This document shows positions 39,374 through 48,457 of a stretch of 64,000 bases of DNA, in pieces. The position numbers and the translations under genes were made by a program. The notes under the pieces are model-generated. The model made no database searches. It was not told the DNA's origin and worked only from the letters and a program-made list of their open reading frames with translations. The DNA is from Verrucomicrobiia bacterium (GTDB lineage: Bacteria; Verrucomicrobiota; Verrucomicrobiia; Limisphaerales; UBA1319): NCBI GenBank assembly GCA_963664225.1, contig OY760937.1, positions 3,136,001 through 3,200,000 of the forward strand. Reading direction: 5' to 3'. Each line of letters starts with the position of its first letter. Within the stretch, counting starts at the first letter, position 1.

Positions 39374-40231
39374 GGGCGCAGGACACGATTCAGGATTGTG
39401 GAAGACTGCCATGGCAGTGCGCTGTTTTAAATCGGTTTTGCGGCAACGGCAGAACCGGCTTGCGGGGATCGCGGCGAAATTGAAACCGCCCGATTCAATA
39501 ACACCGTAAGCCGGTCAGGAGACCGGCGCTCGTGTGTCTGGCAGGTATTGGATCTATTGGGATGAAAGGAGCCCAACGGGGGCGGTGACGCCAACCGTAG
39601 CGGTAGGCCAGGTTCGATCCGCGAGGGTCGGACGCGAAAGGGCCGAGAGCAAAGGCGCGACCGTAGGAACACGAACGGGCAGTGAGGCCGGGTGCGTGGG
39701 TTAGCTGGCGAGTAACGGCGAAACCCAAAGGTCATCCAAACGCATCAGGTAGAGCCCGGCGGCGCGCGCCGACAGAGTCAATACCGACCCAGAGAGATCT
39801 GTCCCGTGAGAGCGGGACAGAAGTCAGCAGAGGCCATAGTAGTGATGAGGCCCGGTGAAAGCCGGGAGGAGCGAAGGGCCGAAGGAACAAACGGAGCCAA
39901 CCAAGGCGTTGGACATGAGGACGAGTGATGGAATGAAGCAACAGGACGCAACAATTACGGTTACCATCCTGGCACTGGCAAACGGCGGGCCCAACGCTGG
40001 AAGCGCCCAACCCGTCGAAGTATTCCGGGGTCACATGTCTGCACGACTGGGAAGGAAGAACTCTGAATGTTCCAACCGCCGGATGCGAGAAAACCGCACG
40101 TCCGGTGGTGTGGGAGGGTGCCGGGGCGAAATCCCTGGCACCCGACCCGATCGAAGTCACCTGGCGCCCTATATAGTTATAGGACGTTTCAAGGCCTTTT
40201 TCCATTTCCTGAAGAATTTTGTCACGCACCC
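39374..40231. mobile_element. Putative MITE-like cassette hosting the group II intron (no target duplication seen)
   Basis: Left end GGGCGCAGGACACGATTCAGG; right end GAAGAATTTTGTCACGCACCC. The last 66 bp are colinear with 45020-45085. Confidence 0.5.
39532..40151 (+). ncRNA. ORF-less group II intron, class IIC-like
   Basis: 5' GTGTG; AAGTCAGCAGAGGCCATAGTAG D2-D3 signature; D5 ACCGCCGGATGCG..CGCACGTCCGGTGGT with CGC triad (40075-40109); D6 ending CCCGACCCGAT; no RT ORF. Confidence 0.9.
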
Positions 40232-40250
40232 TTCGCCATTTTGGCATGCG

Positions 40251-40279
40251 TTGACACCTGGGGGGTGGGCTGTTAGCGT
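40251..40279 (+). promoter_or_regulatory. sigma70-type promoter of ileS
   Basis: TTGACA-17 bp-TAGCGT with extended -10 TG. Confidence 0.7.
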
Positions 40280-40294
40280 AATTGTCTTATAAAA

Positions 40295-43120
40295 ATGGCA
40301 ATGGACTATAAAAATTCGTTGAATTTGCCCAAGACGGACTTCCCCATGAAGGCCGATCTGGTGTCCCGGGAACCCCAGCGTCTGGAAAAGTGGGAGTCGG
40401 GCCAACTGTATGAAAAAATCCTGGCCCGGCGGGCGGCGGCCTCGCGGTTTATTTTGCATGACGGGCCGCCGTTCGCCAATGGGGATGTGCACATCGGCAC
40501 GGCGCTGAACAAGATTCTCAAGGATTTCATCATCAAGTACCACACGTTGCGCGGGCAGAACGCCCCCTATGTGCCGGGCTGGGATTGCCATGGGCTGCCC
40601 ATCGAATTCAAAGTGGTGCAGGAGCTTCGCAAAAAGGCCGGGGAAGCCGCCGCGGGGGCCGATGCCGCCACGATTCGCAAGGAATGCGCGGCGTATGCGC
40701 GCAAGTATATCGATTTGCAGCGGACGCAATTCAAGCGCCTGGGTGTGCTCGGGGATTGGGAGCATCCCTACCTGACGTTGGACCCCGCGTATGAAGCCGC
40801 GGAGCTGGGAATGTTCGCGGATATCGTGGACAAGGGCTTCGTTTACCGGGGCAAGAAACCGGTGTATTGGAGCATCCCGTGCCGCACCGCGCTGGCCGAG
40901 GCCGAGGTGGAATACCAGGACCATGTGAGCCAGAGCGTGTTTGTGAAATTCCCGGTGATCGGCCGGCCCAACACCTTTGTGGTGATCTGGACGACGACGC
41001 CGTGGACGCTGCCCGCGAACCTGGCCATCGCCTTTAATTCGACCCTGAGCTACACGATCGTGCATACCGGCGATGCGAGCTACATCGTCGCTGTGTCGCT
41101 TTTAAGTTCCGTGGCGGAGAAATGCGGCTGGGAGAATTACCAGATCATGCGCAGCCTCACCGGCGAGGAACTGGCGACCTATGTCTGCCAGCATCCGTTC
41201 TGCAACCGGCCCGCGCCGTTGCTGGCGGGAGACGCCTTCGTGGAGAGCACCACCGGTTCGGGCTTTGTGCATATCGCCCCGGGCCACGGTCTGGAGGATT
41301 ATCAACTGGGCCGTCAGAATGGCTTGCCCATCTACTCCCCGGTGGACGACAACGGCTGCCTGTGTTACACGCAAGACCTGCCCGTGGAGCAGCAGATGCC
41401 CGCGTCGCTGATCGGCAAAAGCATTCTGGAGAAGAATCACAAGAGCGATGCCAACGAGGCCGTTCTGGAGATCCTGCGCGAGGGCCAGATGCTTCTGCGC
41501 CAGGAGCCTTACACGCACAGCTACCCGCATTGCTGGCGGAGCAAGACCCCGGTGATCTTCCGCGCCATGGACCAATGGTTCATCCGCATCGACCATCAGG
41601 ATTTCCGCAACCAGGCCTTGAAGGCCATCGACCAGGTGAAATGGATTCCCGACTGGGGCAAGAGCCGCATCGAGGGGGCCGTGAAATCCCGCCCGGACTG
41701 GTGCATCTCGCGCCAGCGCTGCTGGGGCGTGCCAATCCCGGCCTTTTACGACGCCGAGCGCACTCCCATCCTGGACGCGCGCATCGTGCGCAACGCCGCC
41801 GCGTTATTCGAGAAATCCGGCTCCAATGTGTGGTTCGAGAAAACCGCGGAGGAATTATGGGCGCTGCTCCGGCCCGCGGATTGGAACGGTCCCGAGGCCA
41901 CCGCGAAATCGACCGACACGCTGGACGTGTGGATCGATTCCGGTTCCTCCTCGCGCAGCGTTTTGCAGAAGCGGCCTGAGCTGGCCCATCACCTGGCGGG
42001 TGTGGACGACTGGCAGGCGGATATCTACCTCGAGGGCAGCGACCAGCATCGCGGATGGTTCCAGTCCTCGCTGTTGCTCTCCCTCGCCGGGAATGGCGCG
42101 CCTCCCTATAAGACGGTGCTCACGCACGGGTTCATGGTGGATGCGGATCGCGAGAAAATTTCCAAGAGCAAGCAGGGCCAGGGCGGTTACGAGAAACCGC
42201 AGACCTCGGAGGCCTATGTCAAAAAATATGGCGCGGACGTGGTCCGGCTCTGGGTGGCCTCGCAGGATTATCGCAACGACATCATCGTGAGCGAGGAGCG
42301 CATCAGCAAGGTGGGCGAGACCTACCGCGTGATCCGGAACTCCCTGCGCTTCCAGCTCTCGAATCTCTTTGATTTCGATCCCGCGAAGCATCTGGTCGCG
42401 CCGGAGAAGATGACCGCGCTGGACCGCTGGATTCTGGACGCCTTTGCCGTGCTGGAGACGGAAATTGCCGCCGCCTACGAGGCGAGCGAGTTCCATGTGG
42501 TCTATCAGAAGATCAGCCAGTTCGTGGCGGTGGAGCTTTCCTCCGTCTATCACGATGTGGTGAAAGACCGCCTCTACACCGACGCGGCGAATTCGAACCG
42601 CCGGCGTTCCACGCAAACCGCCCTTTACTTGCTGGCGCGGGGCCTTTGCCAGGCGCTCTCGCCCATCCTGACCTTCACTGCGGACGAGGCCTGGGAATAT
42701 CTCCCCGGCGTTCAGCCAGGCGAATCGGTCCATGCCACGGATTGGACATTATTGGCGACCCGGCGTACTGAAGAGGAGCAGGAGACCTGGAAAAAGCTGA
42801 TGCACCTGCGGGACCTCGCGCTGCCGGAGCTGGAGAAGGCGCGCCAGGCCAAGCTCATCGGCAAATCGCTTGAGGCCAAAATAACGCTGACCGGACGGGC
42901 GGCCGAATTGCCCGCAGCGGATGCCGCAAAGGAAACGCTGCGCGAGTTGCTCAACGTGTCGCAACTGGAATTGATCCTGGACGAGGCGGACGTGGTCGTT
43001 TCCGTGGCGCGCTCCGGGGGTCAGAAGTGCGAGCGCTGCTGGCGCTGGGAATTGACGGTGGGCAGCCACACAGACCACCCGACCATCTGCGGGCGCTGTG
43101 TCGAGGCCGTGACGGCGTAA
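40295..43120 (+). CDS. ileS: Isoleucyl-tRNA synthetase (type 1)
   Basis: LHDGPPFANG, PGWDCHGLP, WTTTPWTLP, DWCISRQR, EGSDQHRGWF and KISKS motifs; C-terminal CERCW...CGRC zinc finger. Confidence 0.97.
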   Translation: MAMDYKNSLNLPKTDFPMKADLVSREPQRLEKWESGQLYEKILARRAAASRFILHDGPPFANGDVHIGTALNKILKDFIIKYHTLRGQNAPYVPGWDCHGLPIEFKVVQELRKKAGEAAAGADAATIRKECAAYARKYIDLQRTQFKRLGVLGDWEHPYLTLDPAYEAAELGMFADIVDKGFVYRGKKPVYWSIPCRTALAEAEVEYQDHVSQSVFVKFPVIGRPNTFVVIWTTTPWTLPANLAIAFNSTLSYTIVHTGDASYIVAVSLLSSVAEKCGWENYQIMRSLTGEELATYVCQHPFCNRPAPLLAGDAFVESTTGSGFVHIAPGHGLEDYQLGRQNGLPIYSPVDDNGCLCYTQDLPVEQQMPASLIGKSILEKNHKSDANEAVLEILREGQMLLRQEPYTHSYPHCWRSKTPVIFRAMDQWFIRIDHQDFRNQALKAIDQVKWIPDWGKSRIEGAVKSRPDWCISRQRCWGVPIPAFYDAERTPILDARIVRNAAALFEKSGSNVWFEKTAEELWALLRPADWNGPEATAKSTDTLDVWIDSGSSSRSVLQKRPELAHHLAGVDDWQADIYLEGSDQHRGWFQSSLLLSLAGNGAPPYKTVLTHGFMVDADREKISKSKQGQGGYEKPQTSEAYVKKYGADVVRLWVASQDYRNDIIVSEERISKVGETYRVIRNSLRFQLSNLFDFDPAKHLVAPEKMTALDRWILDAFAVLETEIAAAYEASEFHVVYQKISQFVAVELSSVYHDVVKDRLYTDAANSNRRRSTQTALYLLARGLCQALSPILTFTADEAWEYLPGVQPGESVHATDWTLLATRRTEEEQETWKKLMHLRDLALPELEKARQAKLIGKSLEAKITLTGRAAELPAADAAKETLRELLNVSQLELILDEADVVVSVARSGGQKCERCWRWELTVGSHTDHPTICGRCVEAVTA

Positions 43121-43149
43121 GGCCGCATTAACCATTTCCGTGTGTGAGA

Positions 43150-43191
43150 CCGGGGGACAGGTCCAGGAAAACCTGCTCCCCGGTTTTTTTT
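43150..43191 (+). terminator. Intrinsic terminator of ileS
   Basis: CCGGGGGACAGGT...ACCTGCTCCCCGG hairpin followed by a T run. Confidence 0.8.
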
Positions 43192-43299
43192 ATTTGAACC
43201 CGATCCCCGGTATGGGTCGCAGACGGGTCAGTGCGCGGGTGCGGGACAAAATTCTTCTGGGAGGATCTTTATGGAACCCCTGATACGGTTTCCACAGGT

Positions 43300-43570
43300 A
43301 ATCATCCGTTGGCGAGGAGAGCCCCGGGAAGCTCCCCGTAGCCAACGGTGAATAACTGTGCCGCCGCCAAAAAATCGAGCGGTGAAAAACTTTTGTCGCC
43401 GGGGTATAATGCTTCTGGCGGCATCGCCCCGGATGGATCACGGTCATACACCCCTTGTCTTAAGAAGACTGAGGAGAGTTTACCGGCCCGTCCGACGGCG
43501 CCTGTCAAAAAGTCTGAGAGAACTATTGCCCGCGAGGCTTCCTGTATCAGGTTGACTGACGACAGCGCTC
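43300..43570 (+). ncRNA. Predicted bridge RNA of IS110 no.2
   Basis: 5' hairpin (CCGTTGGC/GCCAACGG), then two internal loops with junction-matching guides. Confidence 0.78.
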
Positions 43571-43593
43571 CGATGCCCCGTAACGGAGGATCT

Positions 43594-44844
43594 ATGAAAT
43601 CATGGTTGGAGATATCCTGTTTTGCCGGATTGGATTGGGCCCGGGATCATCACGATGTGGTCATCGTCGATCGAGAGGGCAAGATCGTGGAACAGTTCCG
43701 CTTCGAGCATTCCCAGGAAGGCTGGGAGCAATGGCGGAAAAAGACGGCGCCCTTCGCCCCTTTGGCGGTGGCCATTGAGACGAGCTTCGGCACGGCTGTG
43801 GACCAGCTCCTGAGGGGGGAGGCAACGGTCTATCCGGTCAATCCCAAGAGCGCCCAGCGGTATCGGGATCGCAAGGTGCCCAGCGGCAGCAAGACCGATT
43901 TTCTGGATGCCTGGTCTCTGGCCGATGCCTTGCGGATCGACGGGCACGGTTGGAAAGCGCTGGTCCCAACGGACGCGCTGACCAGCCAGTTGCAGATGCT
44001 CTGCCGGGATGAGGTTCATCTCATCGGTCAGCGCACGCTGTTCGTAAATCAATTGCAACAAGCTCTCTTGGAATACTATCCGGCGGCCCTGGAGGCCTTT
44101 GAGGATTGGACCATGGCCTCGGCGTGGGATTTCATCATTGAGTTTCCAACGCCTCGTGCGCTGGTCAAAGCCGGCAAGCGACGGTGGGAAAAGTTCCTGC
44201 ACGTTCATAAGCTCTGGCGGCCGGAAACCGCTGAAAAACGGATGGGCATTTTTGCACGGGCCGATCAGTTTTGCGGCTCGGCGGCCCTGACGGCGGCCAA
44301 GGGCACCCTGGCGGTGAGCCTGGCCAAAATGTTACGCACGTTGCAGCAGCAACTGGATGTTTATCACGCGCAAATCCAGGCCTTGTTTGCACAGCACCCC
44401 GACCATGACTTGTTCGGTTCGCTGCCCGGAGCGGGCTCGTTTTTGGCTCCACGGCTGCTGGGAGAAATCGGCGGCGGGTCGGGCCGGTTTGAAAGCGCAC
44501 AGCATCTGCAGGGCATTGCGGGCACGGCTCCTGTGAGTTATCAATCGGGACAAATCGACAAGGTCCGCATCCGCCACCACTGCGACAAGTTCCTCCGCCA
44601 TGCCGTGCATCTGTGGAGCGATTGCAGTCGCAAGAAATGTCTTTGGGCACAGGTTTACTACCAGAAAAAACGGGAAGAGGGCAAAAGCCATGCCTGCGCC
44701 TTGCGATGTCTGGGCCAGCGGTGGCTCAAAATCATCTGGAAAATGCTCCAAACCCACGCGCCCTACGATCCGGAAATACATGCCAAAAACCAGCAGCTGC
44801 ATGGTTCGTGGGTGCTGAGTCTGCAGACCAAAACCGCCAGGTAA
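43594..44844 (+). CDS. IS110 DEDD recombinase/transposase (long type)
   Basis: FAGLDWA, AIETS, KTDFLDA, SLPGAG and GTAPVSYQSG motifs; RBS GGAGGA before ATG 43594. Confidence 0.93.
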   Translation: MKSWLEISCFAGLDWARDHHDVVIVDREGKIVEQFRFEHSQEGWEQWRKKTAPFAPLAVAIETSFGTAVDQLLRGEATVYPVNPKSAQRYRDRKVPSGSKTDFLDAWSLADALRIDGHGWKALVPTDALTSQLQMLCRDEVHLIGQRTLFVNQLQQALLEYYPAALEAFEDWTMASAWDFIIEFPTPRALVKAGKRRWEKFLHVHKLWRPETAEKRMGIFARADQFCGSAALTAAKGTLAVSLAKMLRTLQQQLDVYHAQIQALFAQHPDHDLFGSLPGAGSFLAPRLLGEIGGGSGRFESAQHLQGIAGTAPVSYQSGQIDKVRIRHHCDKFLRHAVHLWSDCSRKKCLWAQVYYQKKREEGKSHACALRCLGQRWLKIIWKMLQTHAPYDPEIHAKNQQLHGSWVLSLQTKTAR

Positions 44845-45142
44845 TATTGGTGAATAACTTTTATGAAAAACCATTTTACAACACAGAGAACAACTCTCCT
44901 CGGTCCTCTCCCCGTTCGTGCCTCACGGGGCGAGGAGGTGGAATGCGCGATTCGCAAGGTTTTGGCTTTTGGACGCATGGAAGCAGAAAAGATCGCTGAT
45001 GGCGCACAGCGGACTAACAGCCCTATATACTTCCATGTCGTTTTAAAGCCTTTTTCGGCATGCTGAAGAATTTTGTCGCGCGCCCTCAGTGCGCGCATTT
45101 AGAAAACACGGCTTGCACTTCAAATGAAGTCTGTTTCTATAG

Positions 45143-45700
45143 TTACTTCTCGTTTAAGTCTTTAATCATTTTCGCAAAATCTGTATTACAAAGTCTTTTC
45201 ATCGCAGGGTAACCTCCTTTAAAGAAAGGACAGAGCATGACTGTTAGCTCTTTATCAGTAAACAGGCCTTCTCTATCCGTGATGAATACCACCGCTGACA
45301 CCCATGCACAAAATGCACCACATCCCGGAGCAATTATTGAAATAGCCGTATTTACATCCGAATACTGATTATACTCGCACTTGAACAGTATAAGAGGCAA
45401 AGCGGTTTCGATTAAACACAGCCCCGCGATTATTCTCGTTGCAAATCGAAGCCAGGCGGTTGGATTAATATCCGGAGTGAAGGAGCAGGAGCCATCTTTG
45501 AAATAAAAACTGCAAATAATAAAGCACGCCATTGAAGGGACAAATAATATGCATAATATTTCATCGCTTAAATGACATACATTGGTTATTTGCAATATAT
45601 ACAATACTTGATTTAACAAAAAGCATACCACAGACACCAACGCAAGCATTCTGCGGAAATGTTTCAATATCATAAAGTTTGTTTGCTCCAAAAAGGTCAC
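45143..45700 (-). CDS. AT-rich hypothetical membrane protein
   Basis: 185-aa ORF with about 4 hydrophobic segments, visibly AT-richer than its neighbours; no family recognised. Confidence 0.6.
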   Translation of the reverse strand: MTFLEQTNFMILKHFRRMLALVSVVCFLLNQVLYILQITNVCHLSDEILCILFVPSMACFIICSFYFKDGSCSFTPDINPTAWLRFATRIIAGLCLIETALPLILFKCEYNQYSDVNTAISIIAPGCGAFCAWVSAVVFITDREGLFTDKELTVMLCPFFKGGYPAMKRLCNTDFAKMIKDLNEK

Positions 45701-45837
45701 CTATAAGATGCTTCGTCCTTGTTAAAGTGATGCGTTGGCTCTTGAGGAGTCACGGCCTTATTCCTTGGTTTCCATTCATTTCGCTATGTTCCCGAGGACC
45801 ACAGTTCTCGTCATGTTTCCCCCGAATGGCCACGTCC

Positions 45838-45896
45838 CTCCGGCCCATGACATGGCAAATCACTCCCGGATACCCGACTCTCAACTTGGGTGGCAT
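45838..45896 (-). pseudogene. N-terminal remnant of a REP-associated tyrosine (HUH) transposase-like gene
   Basis: Manual translation MPPKLRVGYPGVICHVMGR resembles the MPRxxRxxYPGAxYHVxxRG start of RAYT/TnpA(Y1) proteins; similarity then stops. Confidence 0.55.
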
Positions 45897-46066
45897 GGCC
45901 ATATCCTGCCGGATTCACCCAAAAAATCAACAATGAGAGCGCCGAACCAAATCTGCCCCCGGTTTCTTTTGACTCAATGCTGGACGCGCCTTTTTTCGTC
46001 AAAAAGGGAGGGTGCGCTTGGCGCTTGCGGGACGGAGCGTCTCACGTCAACATGTGTGAATCGGAT

Positions 46067-47977
46067 ATGTTGACTATTTCGGATGTTACAAAGGCTTTTG
46101 GCGGGCGGACGTTGTTTGCAAATGCGACGGTGCAGGTGGATCGCGGGGACCGGATTGGACTGGTCGGGGCGAACGGCGCGGGCAAATCGACGCTGTTTTC
46201 GCTGATCCTGCGCGCGCAAACGCCTGATGAGGGCAAAATCATCCTGGAGCGGCGCGCCAATATCGGCTGGCTGCCCCAGGAGAGCGAGCCTGCGGGCCAG
46301 GAGACTGTGCTGCAATTGGCGATCGGCACCGGGGCGTCGATCATCGGATCGGACCAGGGGGAGGAAGAGGATGCCGAGGACGAAGGGCTGGCCTATCACG
46401 AGGAGATGGCGGCCGCGGAATTGGAGCCCAAGGCGAAAAAGATCCTGCGCGGATTGGGTTTTCGCGAGAAGGACTTTGACCGTCCGGCACGGGAGATGAG
46501 CGGCGGCTGGGTGATGCGGGCGCGGCTGGCGAATCTGCTGGTGCGCGGGCCCGATCTGCTGCTGCTGGACGAGCCGACCAACCATCTGGACCTCGACGCG
46601 CTGTTGTGGTTCCAAAGTTATTTGATCAATTACCCGGGGGCGATTCTGCTCATTTCCCACGATCGCGAGTTTCTCAACCAGATTGTCGGGTCGATCGTCG
46701 AAATTCATCAGGGCAAGCTCATGCGCTACCAGGGCAATTACGAAAGCTACCTGGAGCAACGCCAGGCGCGGCTGGAGCAAATGGAGGCGGCTTACAAAAA
46801 CCAGCAGCGCGAGATCAACCGGCTCATGGATTTTGTGAACCGGTTCCGCGCCAAGAACACCAAGGCCGCCCAGGCCCAGAGCAAGCTCAAGCAGATCGAG
46901 CGGATGGAAAAGCTCGCCGCGCCGGACGCCGATGAGCGCGAGTTCGAATTCCGGTTTCCGCAGCCGGAGCGCAGCGGGTTGAAGGCCATCAAGCTGGAGC
47001 ATGTGACCTTCTCCTACGGGACCACGCCGGTCTATACGGATTTGAATTTCGTGGCGGAACGCGGCGAACGGACCGTGCTGGTGGGGCCGAACGGCGCGGG
47101 CAAGTCCACCCTGCTCAAACTCCTGGCCGGTGTGCTGCCGGTTAATTCCGGTCTGCGCGAGCCGGGGTTCCGCGTGAAGGTCGGCTACTATTCGCAATAC
47201 CGCATCGAGATGCTGCATGCGGACCGGACCATTCTCGAGGAGGCCATGGACACGCCGCAGCGTGTGACGGAGACCTTTGTGCGCACGGTTCTGGGGTCGT
47301 TTGGTTTCTGCGGCGACGATGTGTTCAAGGAGGTGAAGGTGTTGAGCGGCGGGGAAAAAAGCCGGCTCGCGCTCGTCAAGTTCCTGCTCGATCCGCCCAA
47401 CCTCCTGCTGATGGACGAACCGACCACGCATTTGGACATGGACGGTGTGGAGGCGCTGATTTTTGCGCTCGCGAAATTTGAAGGCACGCTGATTTTCATC
47501 AGCCATGATGTCTTCTTCATTCGCGAGCTGGCCGATCATGTGGTGCATGTGAAGGATGGTGTCCTGCGGCATTTCACCGGCGGTTATGCCTACTACCTGG
47601 ACCGCATGGCGATGGAGGCGGCGGCGGCCGAACAGGCCCTGGCGGCACGGCAAAGCGTGCGCAAACCCGTGGTCGAAACCCCCACGGTTTCGTCGCGCGA
47701 GCAGCGTCGTCTGCTGGCACAACAGCAGGACGCGCGGGCGAAGGTCCGGCGCGAGCAGCGCAAGCATGTCCAGGAGCTCGAGAAGGAAATTCACCGGCTC
47801 GAAGATCTCACGGTGAAGCTGACCGCGGAGCTTGAAGACCCGGCGACCTACGAGAAAAAGGACGGACGTGCCGCCGCGGTCAATCGTGAGCTGGCGGGCA
47901 TCAGCGATCGAATGCCCCACCTCATGAAGGATTGGGAGGCGGCTGCCGAAAAGCTCCAAGTCATGGAAGCGGATTGA
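46067..47977 (+). CDS. ABC-F family ATPase
   Basis: Two ABC domains (GANGAGKST/MSGGW/LLLDEPTNHLD; GPNGAGKST/LSGGEK/MDEPTTHLD), no TM segments, C-terminal coiled coil. Confidence 0.95.
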   Translation: MLTISDVTKAFGGRTLFANATVQVDRGDRIGLVGANGAGKSTLFSLILRAQTPDEGKIILERRANIGWLPQESEPAGQETVLQLAIGTGASIIGSDQGEEEDAEDEGLAYHEEMAAAELEPKAKKILRGLGFREKDFDRPAREMSGGWVMRARLANLLVRGPDLLLLDEPTNHLDLDALLWFQSYLINYPGAILLISHDREFLNQIVGSIVEIHQGKLMRYQGNYESYLEQRQARLEQMEAAYKNQQREINRLMDFVNRFRAKNTKAAQAQSKLKQIERMEKLAAPDADEREFEFRFPQPERSGLKAIKLEHVTFSYGTTPVYTDLNFVAERGERTVLVGPNGAGKSTLLKLLAGVLPVNSGLREPGFRVKVGYYSQYRIEMLHADRTILEEAMDTPQRVTETFVRTVLGSFGFCGDDVFKEVKVLSGGEKSRLALVKFLLDPPNLLLMDEPTTHLDMDGVEALIFALAKFEGTLIFISHDVFFIRELADHVVHVKDGVLRHFTGGYAYYLDRMAMEAAAAEQALAARQSVRKPVVETPTVSSREQRRLLAQQQDARAKVRREQRKHVQELEKEIHRLEDLTVKLTAELEDPATYEKKDGRAAAVNRELAGISDRMPHLMKDWEAAAEKLQVMEAD

Positions 47978-48070
47978 GAGTCCGCAGGTAAGGTGTTTAA
48001 TTCACATGGATGTGCAGGATGCACAGGATTGAGGAAAAACAGGACGTTTGCGTGAGCATCCATTTGTGAC

Positions 48071-48391
48071 GGGTGCATCACAATATTCTTCGGCAAGCGA
48101 AAAAGTCCTTAAAAAGGGCATGCGAGTATATACGAAACAAATATAGCAAGAGTTTCGGGAATGGCCGGGCGCCGATCGAGGGTCCGGCAAAAGTCAGATA
48201 TGAAAGGACGACCGCCCTCATCCCGGCCTTCTCCCCCAGGAGAAGGAGGAGTATTGCGAGCCCTGGGTTTATTGCACGGTTTGGAGGATGCCACCGCGCC
48301 GGACTACATGCCCCACACCGCCGACTGGCGTCCTGGCTGGGTTCATACGGTTTAGGCTTTTTACCAGCTTCCTGAATTTTGTCGTGCGTAC
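48071..48391. mobile_element. 321-bp MITE-like cassette with internal REP
   Basis: TIRs GGGTGCATCACAATATTC / GAATTTTGTCGTGCGTAC; 9-bp direct repeat ATTTGTGAC at 48062-70 and 48392-400. Body similar to 35399-35549 and 35901-35985. Confidence 0.85.
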
Positions 48392-48457
48392 ATTTGTGAC
48401 ACGCACTGCGACACACACTTGCATTTGAATCTCCGCGCGCTAGGCTGTTTTGCAGCC

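Larger units (their letters stand above)
43282..44895 (+). mobile_element. IS110-family element no.2 inserted in a REP hairpin
   Basis: CT core at 43280-81 and 44894-95. Removal restores ACCCCTCTCCTCGGTCCTCTCCCCG...CGGGGCGAGGAGG. Confidence 0.85.
43237..45085. mobile_element. MITE-like cassette (235 bp without the IS) carrying a REP and IS110 no.2
   Basis: TIRs GGGTGCGGGACAAAATTCTTC / GAAGAATTTTGTCGCGCGCCC; perfect 9-bp direct repeat TCAGTGCGC at 43228-43236 and 45086-45094. Confidence 0.85.

Noticed and set aside
39732..40292. ORFs overlapping the intron as an intron-encoded protein
   Set aside because: No RT motifs (no YADD); they read through structured RNA domains.
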